Shown here: positions 39,201-53,700 of the stretch, one piece after another
Layout: every line of letters begins with the position of its first letter
Position numbering within the stretch: the first letter of the stretch is position 1
Assembly: GCA_051362555.1 (NCBI GenBank)
Contig: CM120640.1
Location: 33,995,967 to 34,059,966 of the forward strand
DNA from: Lingula anatina
Lineage: Eukaryota > Animalia > Brachiopoda
DNA length: 64,000 bases
Direction: 5' to 3'
The notes under the pieces: model-generated
The model's input: the letters and a program-made list of their open reading frames with translations, nothing else
Database searches by the model: none
What the model was told of the DNA's origin: nothing
Program-made: the position numbers and the translations under genes

Positions 39201-42079
39201 ACTGTGGTAGGTGTGCCACGAGGGCGAGAAAATGCGAGAACGAAAACAACACATGAAACATACCAGAAAACAATAAGAGTAAAATGCGTCTGTATTCTAG
39301 CATACTCCTTCTTGTATCCATGTTAAGCATTTGCTTTAACATGTGATTAGGCAGAGATGTCACTGCCTGTATAATACACGCTTCACTGGAGCTTGATGCT
39401 GGTGTACGATTTGCATGACCATAGTCATTAAAAGCGGGGATACGGTTAACACGGTGGTTGTTTTAGAGTAATGTCGATTTTGTCGACCACAAACGAGCGT
39501 ATTTTTGCCAGGAATGTGTTTGGTAAATTGGAACTATGAATGAATATACATGTACATTTTGGTGCGTTGGCCTTAAAAAGTCTTTGAAATCTTCGTTGTT
39601 ATTTGTATTTTTTAAGGAACATGCTACTGAGAAATTTATTTGGATACCTTTTTCTTAGAATCGCGACATCTACCGTAATGTTTCCATGGTAACAAGGATT
39701 AGTGTATTTGGGACCGTGTAAGAGAAAGCCCTTTGTTTTAGGGGATTTAGGATGTGCAAAACGGTAGGGAAAACCTGCTACAAAATCTCCCTGTTATCGC
39801 AACAAAAGAAAACAAGTGCTCGTATCGAGGAAACGAACTAGCTTTGCCGTGTTTCCAGTCACAGTCAACATTTACATTTCTGGAGAAAAACCAGACTGTG
39901 AACTGCGATGTGACACACGCTGTTCGATTTTTTATGCTTATCTGTATTCTGCTTTTTGTAGGCTCCGATAACCGAACTGTGTGCAAGATAGAAAAACGGA
40001 CAAGGACGCTAAAAAAGGAACGAAGATCGTTAAGGTGAGCGTTAAGGACAAGTCGCTACACACACTCTAGAGCTATTACTTTTTTAATTCCTTTCTTTAT
40101 GGCGTTACTCTTTGGTGCGTGGACAATAACCAGCCACAATTAAGGTAATCCATTCTGTTCAGGTTCACATGTGTTGAAATCTTCTTAAAAGGGGATAAAA
40201 TTAGCATAGAGTAACCCAAAACGGAATGCTACCAGGACATATACAGTATACATACATGGCTGATCGTTTTTTTAACCTTGTTGAATTCGTGTTGCTCATA
40301 GAGCATAACAGAAAGCTGGCAGCAGCAGCAGTGGTGAGTTTAAATTTGTTTCTATCTAAATAATGGGACTTTATCGTGACTCTCGTTCCTTTTTTCATTC
40401 TCCCAAGTCAATCTGTGGAGGTGGAAGCGTTATCGTATCTCCCATTTTGATCAAATTTGTGAGGCTGTCTTATGAAATTTGGAAAACATGATAAATTGAC
40501 GAGCTTCGGATTTGCTTGGCACTTCTCAGTTTTGTGCGTCAAAATGAAATGGGGTCATTAATTGAATTCCCGGTAGAAACTGCCCGATAACAAGTGCTTG
40601 ATGAGAAATTTACCAGAAAAAAAAAAACAGAGGTGGATCATCGTTGAGAGACATGTAATCTTGTTCCTTGCAAGCATTTTGGTGGAAAACCGTTTTTGGA
40701 GTGTAGAAAATAATGACTGTTTGCTTAATTCACAAAAACTGTAAGAACTGAAGGGAGAAGACTACGTGTGTTTCTAAAATGATGATGTACACATATGTGG
40801 GTGAACCAGCAAGTTAAGGATAAAATATGAGCACTAAATGGTAGATAAGATAAGGAGGCTAATGATTTCGGTCTTGGACCCGAGTGAATGGACAATGTCA
40901 TCTTGCATTGATGTATCTCTGATAAGGAGCGTGCCCGGTTCTTGAATGGAACTTTATTATTATTATCGTCATTATGATGATGATAATATGTTGTTTGTGA
41001 AAAGGTAGAAAATTGTGCGCGTTTAATAGGATTTTTTTTTATCTGTTTGTGTGTGTATTAACGGGAATAGATAAGTGAATAAAATACGTTCAACTCTACC
41101 TGCTGTACGGTTAATCTAACTACTCGATGGGTGGTGACCTTGAGAGCGGAATACAGCATGCATCGTTATAAAATTGCTTGTTGTTTCCTGTCACTTAGCC
41201 TTACGTACTTTTTGATGCCTTGGCCTTCCTTTTTATCTCATCCTTGATGTAAATGCCCCCACGCACGGCTTACAAGCCGGGCACACCACGGCTTAGTACC
41301 TTCACTGCCTTTCAACCCACCTGATTCCCGCTTGATCTATTATCTGCCTGATGAACAAATCATTTTTGAGAGCAAGCGTTCCTCTATGCTATGCCCACCA
41401 GCGGAGGGAATTGTACCTCTTTGCTGCTTTCTAACACGGTTGTGGTGGATGGAAAGTGTAGCTGTCGGAGTTCATTCAGGTCACAGGAATTTTATTTAAA
41501 AAAAGGAGAAAAAACGGGAAGAAAAAAAGATTACAGTATTACAACGGCGTTCTATACACGGAGTGGAATTTTCGTTGCTTTTCCCCGCTGTGTGTATCTT
41601 TTCTCCCCCCAAATCTAATAATCTATAAAGACAGACAATTATGGAGAACAAGATCACCTTGCGACCCTCCCTGCTTTGAGTTAGGGTGTTAAGAAGGAAC
41701 CGACCCAGATCAGTGCCTGTTTTGTGGCCTCAGATTGGCTTCTATCAGACGTGTTTAATTTGCATCGTGTATCAATTCAGGCCTTCAGCTACATTTGGAA
41801 ACACTTCGCGCTGCCGACGTTTGCGCAACTGGAGGCAGAAATGATACGTTATACTGTACAATAAACATGAACTTGAGGGAAATGAACCCCCATGTTTTAT
41901 GGGATTAGTTTTTTTCCCTCTCTTTCCCCCTCTTTTCAATTTGAATTATTCAAACGCTGATCCTTGCAGTTTTTATTTTTAAATTAAAGGTGTAAAATGT
42001 GTGATGGTAATGGGATAATAGCGTAGATATCCAACGCTGACACTAAAAGTTCTTCATTTATATGCATGGCCTCAAAAGA

Positions 42080-42567
42080 CTTCTGCATGGTTATAGCCTT
42101 ATATAGATTTTATATATACAAACCCGTTCATGATTATAGCCAGTGTAGCCAGTCTATAAAAACTTGTTCATGGTTAAAACCCAGTATTGTCAGTCTATAA
42201 ACAAATTTGTTCACGGTTAATGCCAAATAAGCCAAGTATTGTCAGTCTACAAACAAACCTGTTCATGGTTAATGCCCAGTAATGTCAGTGTATAAATAAG
42301 CCTGTTCATAGATATTTAGCCCAAAATAGTCGGTCGATAAGCCCAGATCTTCGAGGATACAGCCCAACATAGTCTGCTAGGTCAGTATCATATTCATGGG
42401 TATCGCCAATACAGTCAGTCTATAAAGTGTATAGTCTTTATGTGTAGTCATTCTATAAAATATCTCGTATATAGTCAATATAACCAGTAGTTTAACTAAC
42501 ATCTTCATGGATATAGCCCAGTAGAATCAGTTGATAAACTGACATCTTTATGGGCATGGCCCAGTAT
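42080..42567. repeat. Degenerate ~40-50 bp minisatellite, left part
   Basis: Recurrent TTCATGG(T/A)TATAGCCCAGTA...GTCAGTCTATAAA units. Confidence 0.75.
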
Positions 42568-43405
42568 AATGATGATGGTTTTATCTGCGGTCCGAAGATT
42601 CATGGACGGGGTGATATTTAGGTCTTGTCTTCGTCGGAATGCCCTTTGGTGGCAAGAGAGTCTTTTAAGATATTAAAATATTGATATACATATTTTTCCA
42701 CATTGAGGACAGGCGAAACTCTGTCATTCGTTTAACCGTTTCTTTTATGCTGCAGCTACTCTGAACACCTCAAAGTTTGCTGATGCCCTATTTGGGTACC
42801 CTCTACCAGGGCGACAGATTGATTTTTCACTAGATATTAACAGATATGTCTCTGGTTAAATAGATGGCTAATCTCTATTACTGGTACAAAAATGTTCACA
42901 ATAATAACTGTGGCCCTGGTAGAGGGTACTCTTTGGGATGGTTCTCCAATTTTCTGTCAGTTGCTTTTTTTGTCACGTGTTTGGGTTCATGGTGGCCGGT
43001 GCTAGCTGCTTTTTAAGGCCATCTTTGATTTTAGGCACTCCTGTCTCTCTTGCCGTGTGAGAGATTTCCAAATAGAGCCACCGGTGCCAAACCTCCTTAT
43101 ACTAGTATGGCCTGCCCATCTCAGATGCTTTTGTTGGGAAATTGCCGCAATCCAGTTCTTTCTAAAACTTTAACATCAGAGATCTAATTCTGCCAATTTA
43201 TACCCCCAAATGGTTCGAAGGGAGTGCTGGTGAAATCATTTCAGTAACTTGATATGCTGTCGGTACCGAACCCAAGTTTCTGACCTGCCTGGTAGACTTT
43301 TATTTTGGTGGGAAGTTTTGAAATAGTGATTTCTCCATGCACGTTTCTGGAGCCTCAAAAGGGAGCTGGCAATTAGAATTAGTTAGCACAGTAGCTTTGG
43401 CTGTA
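42568..43405 (-). mobile_element. RTE-clade LINE 3' fragment (decayed)
   Basis: Minus-strand fragments RLQKRAWRNH, PTKIKVYQA, SETWVRYRQHIKLLK*FHQHSLRTI, ISDVKVLERTG, HLRWAGH, LFGNLSHGKR; ends AATCTTCG...CATCATCAT tail. Confidence 0.85.
42797..42928. mobile_element. MITE family D, full copy with 9-bp TSD, nested in the RTE
   Basis: TIR TACCCTCTACCAGGGC ... GCCCTGGTAGAGGGTA; flanks CTATTTGGG / CTCTTTGGG. Confidence 0.85.
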
Positions 43406-43592
43406 GCCCAGTCTAACCAGTCGATAAAAAAACATGTTCATGGATATAGCCAAGGATAGCCGAACGGTAATTCAAACTTCTTCATGCATATAGCCAAATA
43501 CAGTCAGCTAATGGACAAACGTATTCATGAATATGGGCCAGTATGGCCAACCAATAAACCAATTTCATAGATGTAGGCCAGTGTAACCATAT
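43400..43592. repeat. Degenerate minisatellite, right part
   Basis: Same TTCATGGATATAGCC units as 42080-42567. Confidence 0.7.
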
Positions 43593-46500
43593 GTATACAG
43601 TTTTTGAACTCGTGGAATATTGCTATTTCATGGTAATATTTTAAACCATCTTTACTGGATTTACCTGATTAGTCTAGAATGATGGTGTTGCTTTAAAGTG
43701 TACAGAAGCCATCAGCTATATCAAAAATGTTTTAAAGCCTATTAACTTCTGCTTGAAAAAAATGCATTTGACTTCCTTCTTTAAGAAATTACATAATAAA
43801 TGGATTCCTCTCTCTTTTCCTTTTCTCCTCCTGTTAGCCTTTCCTATCTCGTTTTTACCGCTTTATAAAAATGTCTTTTTTGTAATTAATAAAGAATTCT
43901 TCACATTATAGCACCTATCCCTATGACCTTAGAAATTGATGGGATACTGGCTTTTTTGTTCTTAAGCTTTATATATTTATAAAACTATCCATATTACATG
44001 GTCTGTCGCATGCTTCGCGTTCGTTTGTTGTCGGAATCGACGCAAAAGGCAATGTTGTAATTTTCCTGGGCCAATGAAAGAAAATTGGTATCAAAAACTT
44101 AATTACATAAGCATCCAATGGTCAATAGAGATGGCATGTAAATGCACAAATATGTGTAAAAGCTTAGGAAATATGTGTAAAAGTTTCAACCTTAGGCGTT
44201 ATCTCTTCTGCCGAAATCCTGCTAAGTGTATCTTTAGGGCAGGAATGTGATGCGTGCAAGATTGTCGAATTGTGTGAAAAAATAATCATAGAAAAAAGAA
44301 ATGAGCGAATCCAAAATATTCCCAAAATAAGCCCATTCTCCACTTTGTTTACACTGATACCGCATTCATAAAACTAAAAATAAAACTAAAAACAAATAAT
44401 ATAAAAATACATGCATGAAAAAGGACATTTTCAGCCTCATATCTATAAAGGACGTCCAGTGGAGGTGAGTTATTTAGATTAGGATAATCTAGGCAAATCC
44501 AGAAAGAATTGTATATCGATCTTTCCTCTAGATTGAATAGAAACTTTTGATCGATACAGCGTAAATGTTCTGTAACAGACACGCTTTAACATACCGATGG
44601 TCTCATCCTGAAAACAAAGCATCTGCAACAAATAAAATTCCTTGGTTTTAATGGACGACGCTTTAGATGTATAACAATTGGACAGTTCCGGTCTTCTTAA
44701 CATGTAAATAAACACTGTGTCAAAGAAAGATTGGCATTGAACCGTTTTGAGGTTCATACCATTGCCTAGTACAAGTCAGTTTGGAAAAAACGTAAAATGA
44801 GCAACTCTTTCGAGTTATTGACCGAATCAGTATAAATCACTAGACGCTCAGAAAAAAACATTATGCGTTAAATGGCGATAGGACTTTTAAGTTGTTCAGA
44901 ACACATTGCCATTAAGTGGTATTGTGAAATTGATTGATATCCCCTGTCTAACGAAACAAGTACGGAATACACCTTGTGCGGCAGAAAAAACTTGCCTTCA
45001 TACACTAGGTATTGTTTTGACAACAGCGTATGATAGAACGGATGAGATGCGCGTGTGCGCTGGCTGAATGTTTTGTTATATTAGGACTAAGTAAATTACC
45101 GTTACTTGTCAAGTCATGGGATAAGGTTATTGGCCTACTATATCACAAGACTCCACTTTTCTTCATACAGTAAGGTTACATATTACTGTATCACTAGACT
45201 CGGACTTTGGATATAATGTTAGGTTTTAATTTCAACACTTGACCGTTGATCACATCGTTGATCTGCAAAAATCATTTGGCATGGGCGTTGCAATAACACA
45301 TCATTTTGTTTAATTTGATTTTTCAAAATTGATTTTCATTTAAATTCCCAGGGTACCCATTTATTATATATGTGTACGTATATCAGAAAACAAATATTAT
45401 GCAGGGTCAAATAGGACATCCTGTACTCAATGAAACATACTTACAATAATTTAAAAGCAGCAAGAAATAAGGTGCACTGAGTGCTTTGGTGCCAACCGAT
45501 TACAAAATTTCAAGTGTTTGAGTATTCTCTTTGAAGGTTTTTTCAATTTCCTTTTCGCTGGAATTAAGCGAAAACAACAGCCACTGGGCGTAGTAAGGTA
45601 GTGCATACAATATTCTTTTTTTTTTTTTACAAAGTAGGAATAATTTGATGATGTACCTTGCAAACATGATGAAAGTGCTGCTCTTTTTCTTGTAATCTTC
45701 AGGATATTTCTGCATAGTGGGTAGTCCTTCTAACTCAGCCCCTCCCCCACTCAAAACAAAAAGAATAAAAAAATAATAAATACAAATCACTCAATGGCAT
45801 CATCCTAAACACCTGGTGCCATGTTTGTGTTTTTCCCCCCTCCTTTTAAAAATGTCATTACCTTTCGACATTTGGTCATCTTTTTTGTACACTTTTGCCA
45901 CGGGCGCCATGTTTTGCACGGCCTTTTATTTTTACATGCGATCTTGGTGACAGGCGCACCGAGAGAGACGGGTCACACAAACTGACGGTGACAACTGCAC
46001 TCAACAGCGCCATCTTTAGTTATTCTTTTGATGGTGCTGACTTCAAGACGAGATCAATTACTTTAAAATTCCAAGAGACTAGTCACTAAAAAACACCAAA
46101 TGCAATTGTTTGTATATATTCCCATTTTCCCTTGAGCTTTATTGGAATTTTAATTAGAAAAGGTGTCCTCCTTAGGCTAAAGCAAACATATTACGCACTT
46201 GGAGCTCTCTGGGGACCCGCTATCTTGTTTGAAGTCTACGAGTCAAGTATCGCTGTTTCTAAAATAGTTGACTATAAGGCCAACTCGGTTTCTTTCAGCA
46301 AGTAAAAGTCCGGATAAGAATACCGTATTTTTAGTGTTCGTGATGCAGCGCCTCGGGATAGGTAAACCTAGACTATTTTGCCTTTTATCGACAAGTGTCA
46401 GAAAAGTGGAGGTCGAAAAAGGTTACTTTCACGTGGGGAAAGTTGATAGCTAACCAGCTGACTGGAACTAAAACGAAAAAATAAAACTGTGTAAACCTTT

Positions 46501-47632
46501 CGGTCGTTTCATCATCACGGTTGAACATTCTACAGTAACGGGAAAAAAGGATAGCTTTCAGTTTAATGAATGCTGCAGCAAGGGAAATGGCTTACGGTTA
46601 AACAGTAATTTGAGTCACGTCAGTTTAAAGAAGCAATCGAGTATGGCTTACCTTTAGTGCAAGACACGACTAATAAGCAATGGTTTACTCACTGGCACGC
46701 GCCGGAATATCAGTTTGAAAATTAAGATAGCAGGTGCTTGGAGAAACAAATCACAAAGATTAAACCATAACTCTTACTTGGCCATATCCTCCATAAACTA
46801 CAAGTGTTTCGCACACAAGTCAAAGTTATAGAGTTTATGTGCTGATACACAGCTCCTTTATTACTGCGTTGATCATCGGTTGTATAGAGAGAAGGATAGA
46901 AAGTAAGAGAGACAGAAGACGGAACCCGCATTGAAAAAAAAACACACTAGCCATTTATAATATTTATTGCATATTTCAAATATTTTTCATAAGCCATATA
47001 CAAAGTGCTCATTATTTCTCGGTGATTTACAGGATGAATGGGACTCCTTATCACATATATGACACCTTTAAAGTCAACTCTTCCATGAAAGACGTGTCTA
47101 TTAAGCGTTTTCATACAATAACAGTTATTTGTAATATAATATAATATCATATAATATTTCATCTCTGAAGATCTGTGTAGAGAAGCCAGATAGTGCTTAT
47201 TCACAAGACGTAACTCAAATCAATAGGGCTACAGCCTAATGCAGCGAATACAGCCTGTGAAAAGATAACCTCGCTTTGTTGAGAACCCCAAGTCAGATAC
47301 CATAATAGGGTAACCTGCTAACAGACACTTGCTTGGTATTACAAAACCTCAACGAATTCTATCATATTGGCTTTCATATAAGATTACTAAATATCCTGCT
47401 CCAATGAGGGATGTCTGTACAAGTGCAAACGGATGTGAAACGATGATGGAAGAGTTGTATTCAACGAAATGTAATAAACGCTTTCCTAGAGTTGATCTTG
47501 GCAACACGGGATAAGGCCCTGGGTAATGAATAGGAAGCCCAAATTGCAAAAATTGCCTTGCACGGTCACGATAAGCTCCGTATGAAGTCGACCTCGTTTA
47601 GTAAACTCTCCATTTTCATTTTATTATCACTT

Positions 47633-47664
47633 TCTGTCTGTCTGTCTGTCTGTCTATTTAGTTC

Positions 47665-47699
<35 letters not shown>

Positions 47700-47702
47700 T
47701 TT
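47633..47702. repeat. (TCTG)n and (ATTT)n microsatellites
   Basis: Direct reading. Confidence 0.9.
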
Positions 47703-50551
47703 GGAATGTTTTATAGTTATCCGCCCCTACTTTGAAGGTCAAAGCGTAAGGTTAAAAAGTTGGCATTTAGGCCTCTTGTTAGCATTTTGCAGCTGGACGT
47801 ATGTAGCCTTTGTATAGTGCGCTCGCGGATAATGGGGGAGGGGGGCTACACCGAAACCCCTGTTTTACTCCATTAACTTAAAAAACCCTAGCTTCGTGTC
47901 TGGGGACACGTTTTAGCCGTGAGCCAGGACAACTTTATAACGATTTCTTGAAGCTTGAGCCGCATAAATGACAAAACTATGTCATAATGTAATTTCGATG
48001 ATTAGCAACTCATGACACAATTTATGGATTAGCGAATTGACAACACTTTAAGGTGGATCTATTTGAATGCTTGTTCCAGTCGTTTGAGACACGTATTGAC
48101 CTATGAACTACGCAACTCTATTAGTAGGGAGATACAAGTTTCAGCACTTAGTGAATGAATGACATTGTAAACTTGAAGTGAAGAGAATGTGGAAAATGAA
48201 GCGATTTGCGTGATATCAAAGCCATAGATACATTGCAATCACGTGTATAGTTGAGAAAAGCAAAGTCTTTGTCATGAATCAGAAGTATACACAAATTTCA
48301 GAAAGTGTCTGTGGAAAACTAAATTGCTACATCAGCACACACCCCGACATCCCTTTCCCTATCTCCTACACACACACAGATCATGATGCCTTTTTTTCTG
48401 ATTTGGTTTGGTTCCTAGCTAGGCCTAAACTGTATCTCTTAATAATATGTTGTAATCCCTTGATAATCTGACTATTTTATCCAAAACAAAATAAAAAAAA
48501 TGAAGAAAACTCTATTGGGATTCGACACAATAATTACGAGCAGCATCAAATCTACTCATAGCTCCGAAATTAAGTTAATTATACAGCACGTGTGGCACGA
48601 ATCTTCTTTCTGTACATGTGTTTCAATAAAGCAAATAAATAAGGCAGGTTATTCCGTGTAATGCTTATTATATCAAATTATAGGGTCAGTAATAAGCTAT
48701 TGGACTAAACGAATTTATAATGATTTTCGACTTTTTGTGGCCTTGACTGTGGGGTGATTGATGAGATCGTCTCTTTGAAGATCTATTAAAAGGCAGAGTT
48801 TAGATCTGCAAATGGCCTGCTGAGTTTGATAACTGTTCTACCAACTTCTAGTATTAAAAGAGTTATTCAAACGGGATTGTGAACTTTTTTTTATAAAACC
48901 TCAATGAAAAAGCATCCAAGGGTAACTTAAACACATATTACGAATAGGAGCATAGAAATCAAATTGATTGGAACTAAAATTGATTGCATATCCGCGGTCC
49001 AGAAGTTCTATACTTGAAAAACCATGGGGTGGAATCACACTTTACCCAGGGATTTGGATCAGAAAAGGTGAAAGTTTCAACCCTTTTCATGCAAAAATTT
49101 GTTGTAACCCTACAGGCAGCCCAACTGGTGACTGCCCTTCGTACTTCCCTATTTGTTGTGGAATTCATCTCAGACAACCTTATGTATTTCACTGATCAAT
49201 CAGCTAACAGATCATTTCCGTGCCACGCAAAACCAATAGACAACATTGCCAGCAATCTGTTCGCGTCGGAAGCCAGTTTCACAAGGTAACTTCAGCCTGA
49301 AAGATGGTCGGAACTTTAAAAGCACAAACTTGGTCTACTTTACTTCACAATTATTTCATATTATTAATTTTTGTATAGTTAGAATTGATCTGATGGATAT
49401 TTGAAGTGTCGTCTTTGTTAATACAACCGGTTCACCGTTTCGTTTGATTGGACTATGGCTTATTATTATTCTTGGGACAAAGTTAAGACCAATTTTCGGG
49501 CTAAAGTTTTCTTGTGGAACTGGCCCCAGCACTCTGAAACGTGGGTGTTGATTTTACGTAACTTAGACCATAGATGCAACAAAGGAAACAAAGGGCACAA
49601 TCCGTTCACATTATACTCATTTGATTAATTTCATCAAAAATCTACTTAAAATATCAACTGTTTGTCCTTTATAGTTTTCCGCAATTTGCATTGTTTTGGA
49701 GTCAATCCACTTCTGAAATGGCATAGATAAATGACTACCCACTTATTCCTGTGGAGATATCCCGGATTACTCCACGTGTTCTCAAGTACCACGAACGCCC
49801 TTTTCTCGTGTACCGCAATCCTCGGACGATCTTGGGGCTTAATTTTATTGTTATTACATTACAAAATACGTTTTGTGCAAAGTGATCTGTGAGGTAGGTT
49901 CTGCGATTGATGGTTGGTTGTTGGAGCTGTTGGAATTTTTGATTTATTCACGGAACTTTTTTTCATGCTATCGTAACACTTATAAATGGAGCGACTGGGT
50001 ATTTTTGTGCATTTCTTCCCCCACGGGAATCCTACTAGCACCAGAATTCTTTAGTGCAGAGCAATAAGGAAACTTAGGCGAAACCCATGTTGGTTACGTC
50101 TTTTTAACTCTGGAATTTAACTCAATGACTTTTGGAAAACTTTGTAAATCGTGCATTCTAACACGTATGTATAGTTCCACAGGACAAGCCAAAGCAAAAG
50201 AAACCAGAAGCTCGACTGACTTAATGTAATTGCAGAGACAAACTGTAAAAAAACTTTTTGCGAGGGAAAGAGAGGAGAGGTGTCAATTACGTAGACTGTT
50301 CAATTGATGCACTTCGTATCCATAATCATTTTGATTATTACTGGGAGTTTATCTGGCATTCGCATCAGTTAAGCGAGATACTACTACCTGTCGAGCAATT
50401 TCTTTACGCTAAGACGAAACGAACCACGACGCCACAGTATGGCACAGTGCAATTAGACTCTGAATGTCAAATGTGACTTGATTGCCGATTATTTCACGAA
50501 TTTCAGCAGGAGACCTCGGTTCACCATTAAGCCAGTCACAATACGATGCCT

Positions 50552-50713
50552 CACAAGAATTAAACTAACATTTAATCCAGGTGAAAGATTAAGCATTTTC
50601 TTACCACAAAGACCTTCAAGATTAAAAACCACAAGAATTAAACTAACATTTAATCCAGGTGAAAGATTAAGCATTTTCTTACCACAAAGACCTTCAAGAT
50701 TAAAAACCACAAG
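50552..50713. repeat. Perfect 78-bp tandem duplication
   Basis: CACAAGAATTAAAC... starts at 50552 and 50630; CACAAG again at 50708. Confidence 0.95.
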
Positions 50714-53700
50714 GATGCTTTGAAGCTCCGTAAGTACAGAACAACAAGGTTCATTATTTTATTACAGAAGTCATATTACGTAGAATCCTTTTTTTTATTT
50801 CTTCTTTTTCATTTTGTTTTCTCTTTGCTCTTCATTCCTCCTACCGCTGAAGCATTACAAATGAATTCCAAACGATACCAATGCTTAGGTTGTTACCAAG
50901 TGAAGCTAAGGTAATTTGGACTACAGGGAAACCCATTTGGGCAGGATTTTAATTTCTTCCACTTATCTGTAACGTTTCAGGTAATGTCTAGTTCCATGTT
51001 GTTATTCTAACATATAACACGCGCTTGATTAGGAACTGTTTTGGCTTCAATTGAGGTATACAAATGGCCTACACATATCGATAACCCTCAATTAAAACGA
51101 GTTAAATTGAATTTGTAACCGAATGCAACTTTCAAATGTTGCGCAGCGCTACTCGTTTATGGTTCGCACTTGAAAAGCCCTTGGCGCGGTAAAGTGGTAA
51201 ATATTCCATTTTTGAAGTGACGTAAGTGATCTGTAGTAGGAATTGCAATCGTTGACTTGTTTTGGGACGCCTATAAAAAAAGCTGCGAACAAAAGCCAAC
51301 AGAACTGTGTTTTGTGAAATGTTTCAATTCTTGCTTAGCAGGCAGTGTGATTTCGACATCGGCCTCGGCGTTACTTTTTAGAAACCAACTTAATCCACCG
51401 TTTATTTAATTGGTAGCTGTTTTATGTAACTCCATTGTTTGGAATTTTAACAAAATAACAAAAAACAAACAAAAGACAAAAAGTACTGTTATTGCTTTAC
51501 TTTTTAACAGAATTATTGACAATTAACACTCCATACGTTCATTGTTAATTCTCTCAAACCTCCATGCTGTTCACATCAAACGCCCCGGAGGCTAATTCAA
51601 TCAAGATTTTTTTCGCTGTTGCGACCTCTCTTGCCTTAGTGCATCTCTCTTGCTGCTACTGAAACTCTATTGAAGTGCTAGAAATTTTACGTTGGGTTAA
51701 TGCAAAGGGACATTGCGTTCATCTCAAAATCTCCGAACGTGATCAGTGACTGATTATATCCGAGATTGTGGCTTACGGCCGAAGTCCCACATTGGTCTTT
51801 AAGACCTCAAATCGGACAAGAAATCTATAACAGTCGACGGCTCGTTGTATCGGGTGACAGTTGCGACTGATGCGGTATTTTCATTTGGCTGACCTGCGCT
51901 AAACTTTTCGCAGTAGAACTCGCTGACACCTTTTTTTCACCTCGTTCTGTCTGTTTCAAACAATAGCATAAAACTATCTCCCACCTGTGCCGAGGCACAA
52001 GAGGAACATGCTTGGCACTGACACGCTTTCCGCCCGATTTCGTCCGTATTTAATCACAACTGATGTGTGCAAACAATAAAACGCACCTGTATAGGAACCC
52101 GCCATAATGGGCGTTTTGCACTTCTATTGTCTTAAAGGTTGACATTTATTGTTATTTTGCCGGGCACTAGTTTTATTGGTCAAATGAGGAAGTGTAACTG
52201 ATTCAGAATACCGTGTCATCTACTTCATTAATTCAACAGGTAATGGGAAGATGAGAAGGTCGTAAAATCTTGTTCGCTTAATTGTGAGGTGAATACGAGT
52301 TTATTGCGTTGCGCTTTTTAGGCTTTTGCAATAAAAGGAATAACAAAAAAAATTCTTGCGGATGCACTCGTACCTCGTTCAGTTTCTGAAAATAAAGGCA
52401 AACGTCTATTCGTATTCTAGAAGACTCGATCTCTATATACAGTATACTTAGAAGAAGTACGGAAAAAGAGTGTGCCTTTTTCCCTGCAAATCTAAAAATA
52501 CAGCAGACAAAGGTAAGCACTGTTTCATTTCCAGAAGCAGCGCTCGCTGGAACCGTCCACATCGGAAAAAACTAAAAGCGTAATCGTACGCCTTTTACAT
52601 CTTGATTTAATCGGTTTACCTTTCAAATTAGCTTTCAAAATAAGATTTTGAACTTCTACATCTGATACTGCATTTCTTCTGTGCTCCATTAAAGCTATAA
52701 ATTTCCAGGTCAAAATGCCATCTATTTTTTTCGAGGCTAAATTGAAAATATTTTTAGAGGTTATTAACAATATAATGAAAAACAAAGTGGCAAAGTGAAC
52801 ACGCATGCCAATGTTTTCACAATATCCCCGTAGGTCATCGGTTTCAAGCAAAGCAGTTGTTCTAAGCCTAATTTTACTTACCCGTCAGATTAAGCAAGTA
52901 GATTGTACAGGGTGTACGAAAAGTGTTGGACGAAACCTTTTCCAAATGATTCTAATTTGCGCTGACATCTTGAACACAAAGGTAATTCGCCACAAAAAAC
53001 TTCTTAACGTGTTAGTGAAAGAACATGCCCCTAAACTCACATAAAAAGCAAATGAAATCTTCTTTAATTTTTATTAGTAAATATTTAACAAACACCGACA
53101 AAATGTTGCGTCCCCTGTGGATTTTGAAAAGTGAAAATTGAGGCGGCCGGGGTAAGGCCTTAGAAGTCAAAAACATTGCCGTGGGACCAGGCAACTCTAT
53201 CTTCACTCCATACAGCTAATTAACAAACTTCTTTGCGATGCTGTCATTGATAGCTAAGCCTTGAAAAAGGTTTGGAAGGCGATCAAAAGTCTCAGTTCCT
53301 AACTTTGCCCCGCTGAGGCCACACGATGAAGGCGAGATAAGACGGAAACTGAGCTGGCCTTTTCGGTGAGTGGCGCGCTAGCACGCACATTTCGCTGCCG
53401 TAGTAGGCAGGTGATGCAGTGTTTTTTTTTTCTATTGGAAAATGCCTGAATAGTTTTTCCTAGTGACTAAGTATCCACGCTGAAGCAGCTGAAGAATTAG
53501 ATGTGATCACATGCCTATAGGGATTCCAGGAAATTTAAGAAGGGGCGTTATGCGACGACGGCAGGTCGTTGACAATGATTAATTAATCTCATGTGTGCAA
53601 GACTTTTGAAGCAAGAGAAATCAACAAGGTACGTTGAATCCAAAATTATATATATATTCTAAGAGTTATTACCGAAGAAGGGCGACGGACAATGATTAGG

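Noticed and set aside
48968-49289. Three overlapping ORFs
   Set aside because: No recognisable domain or coherent splice structure
50478-50723. ORFs with a repeated 26-aa peptide
   Set aside because: By-product of the 78-bp tandem duplication
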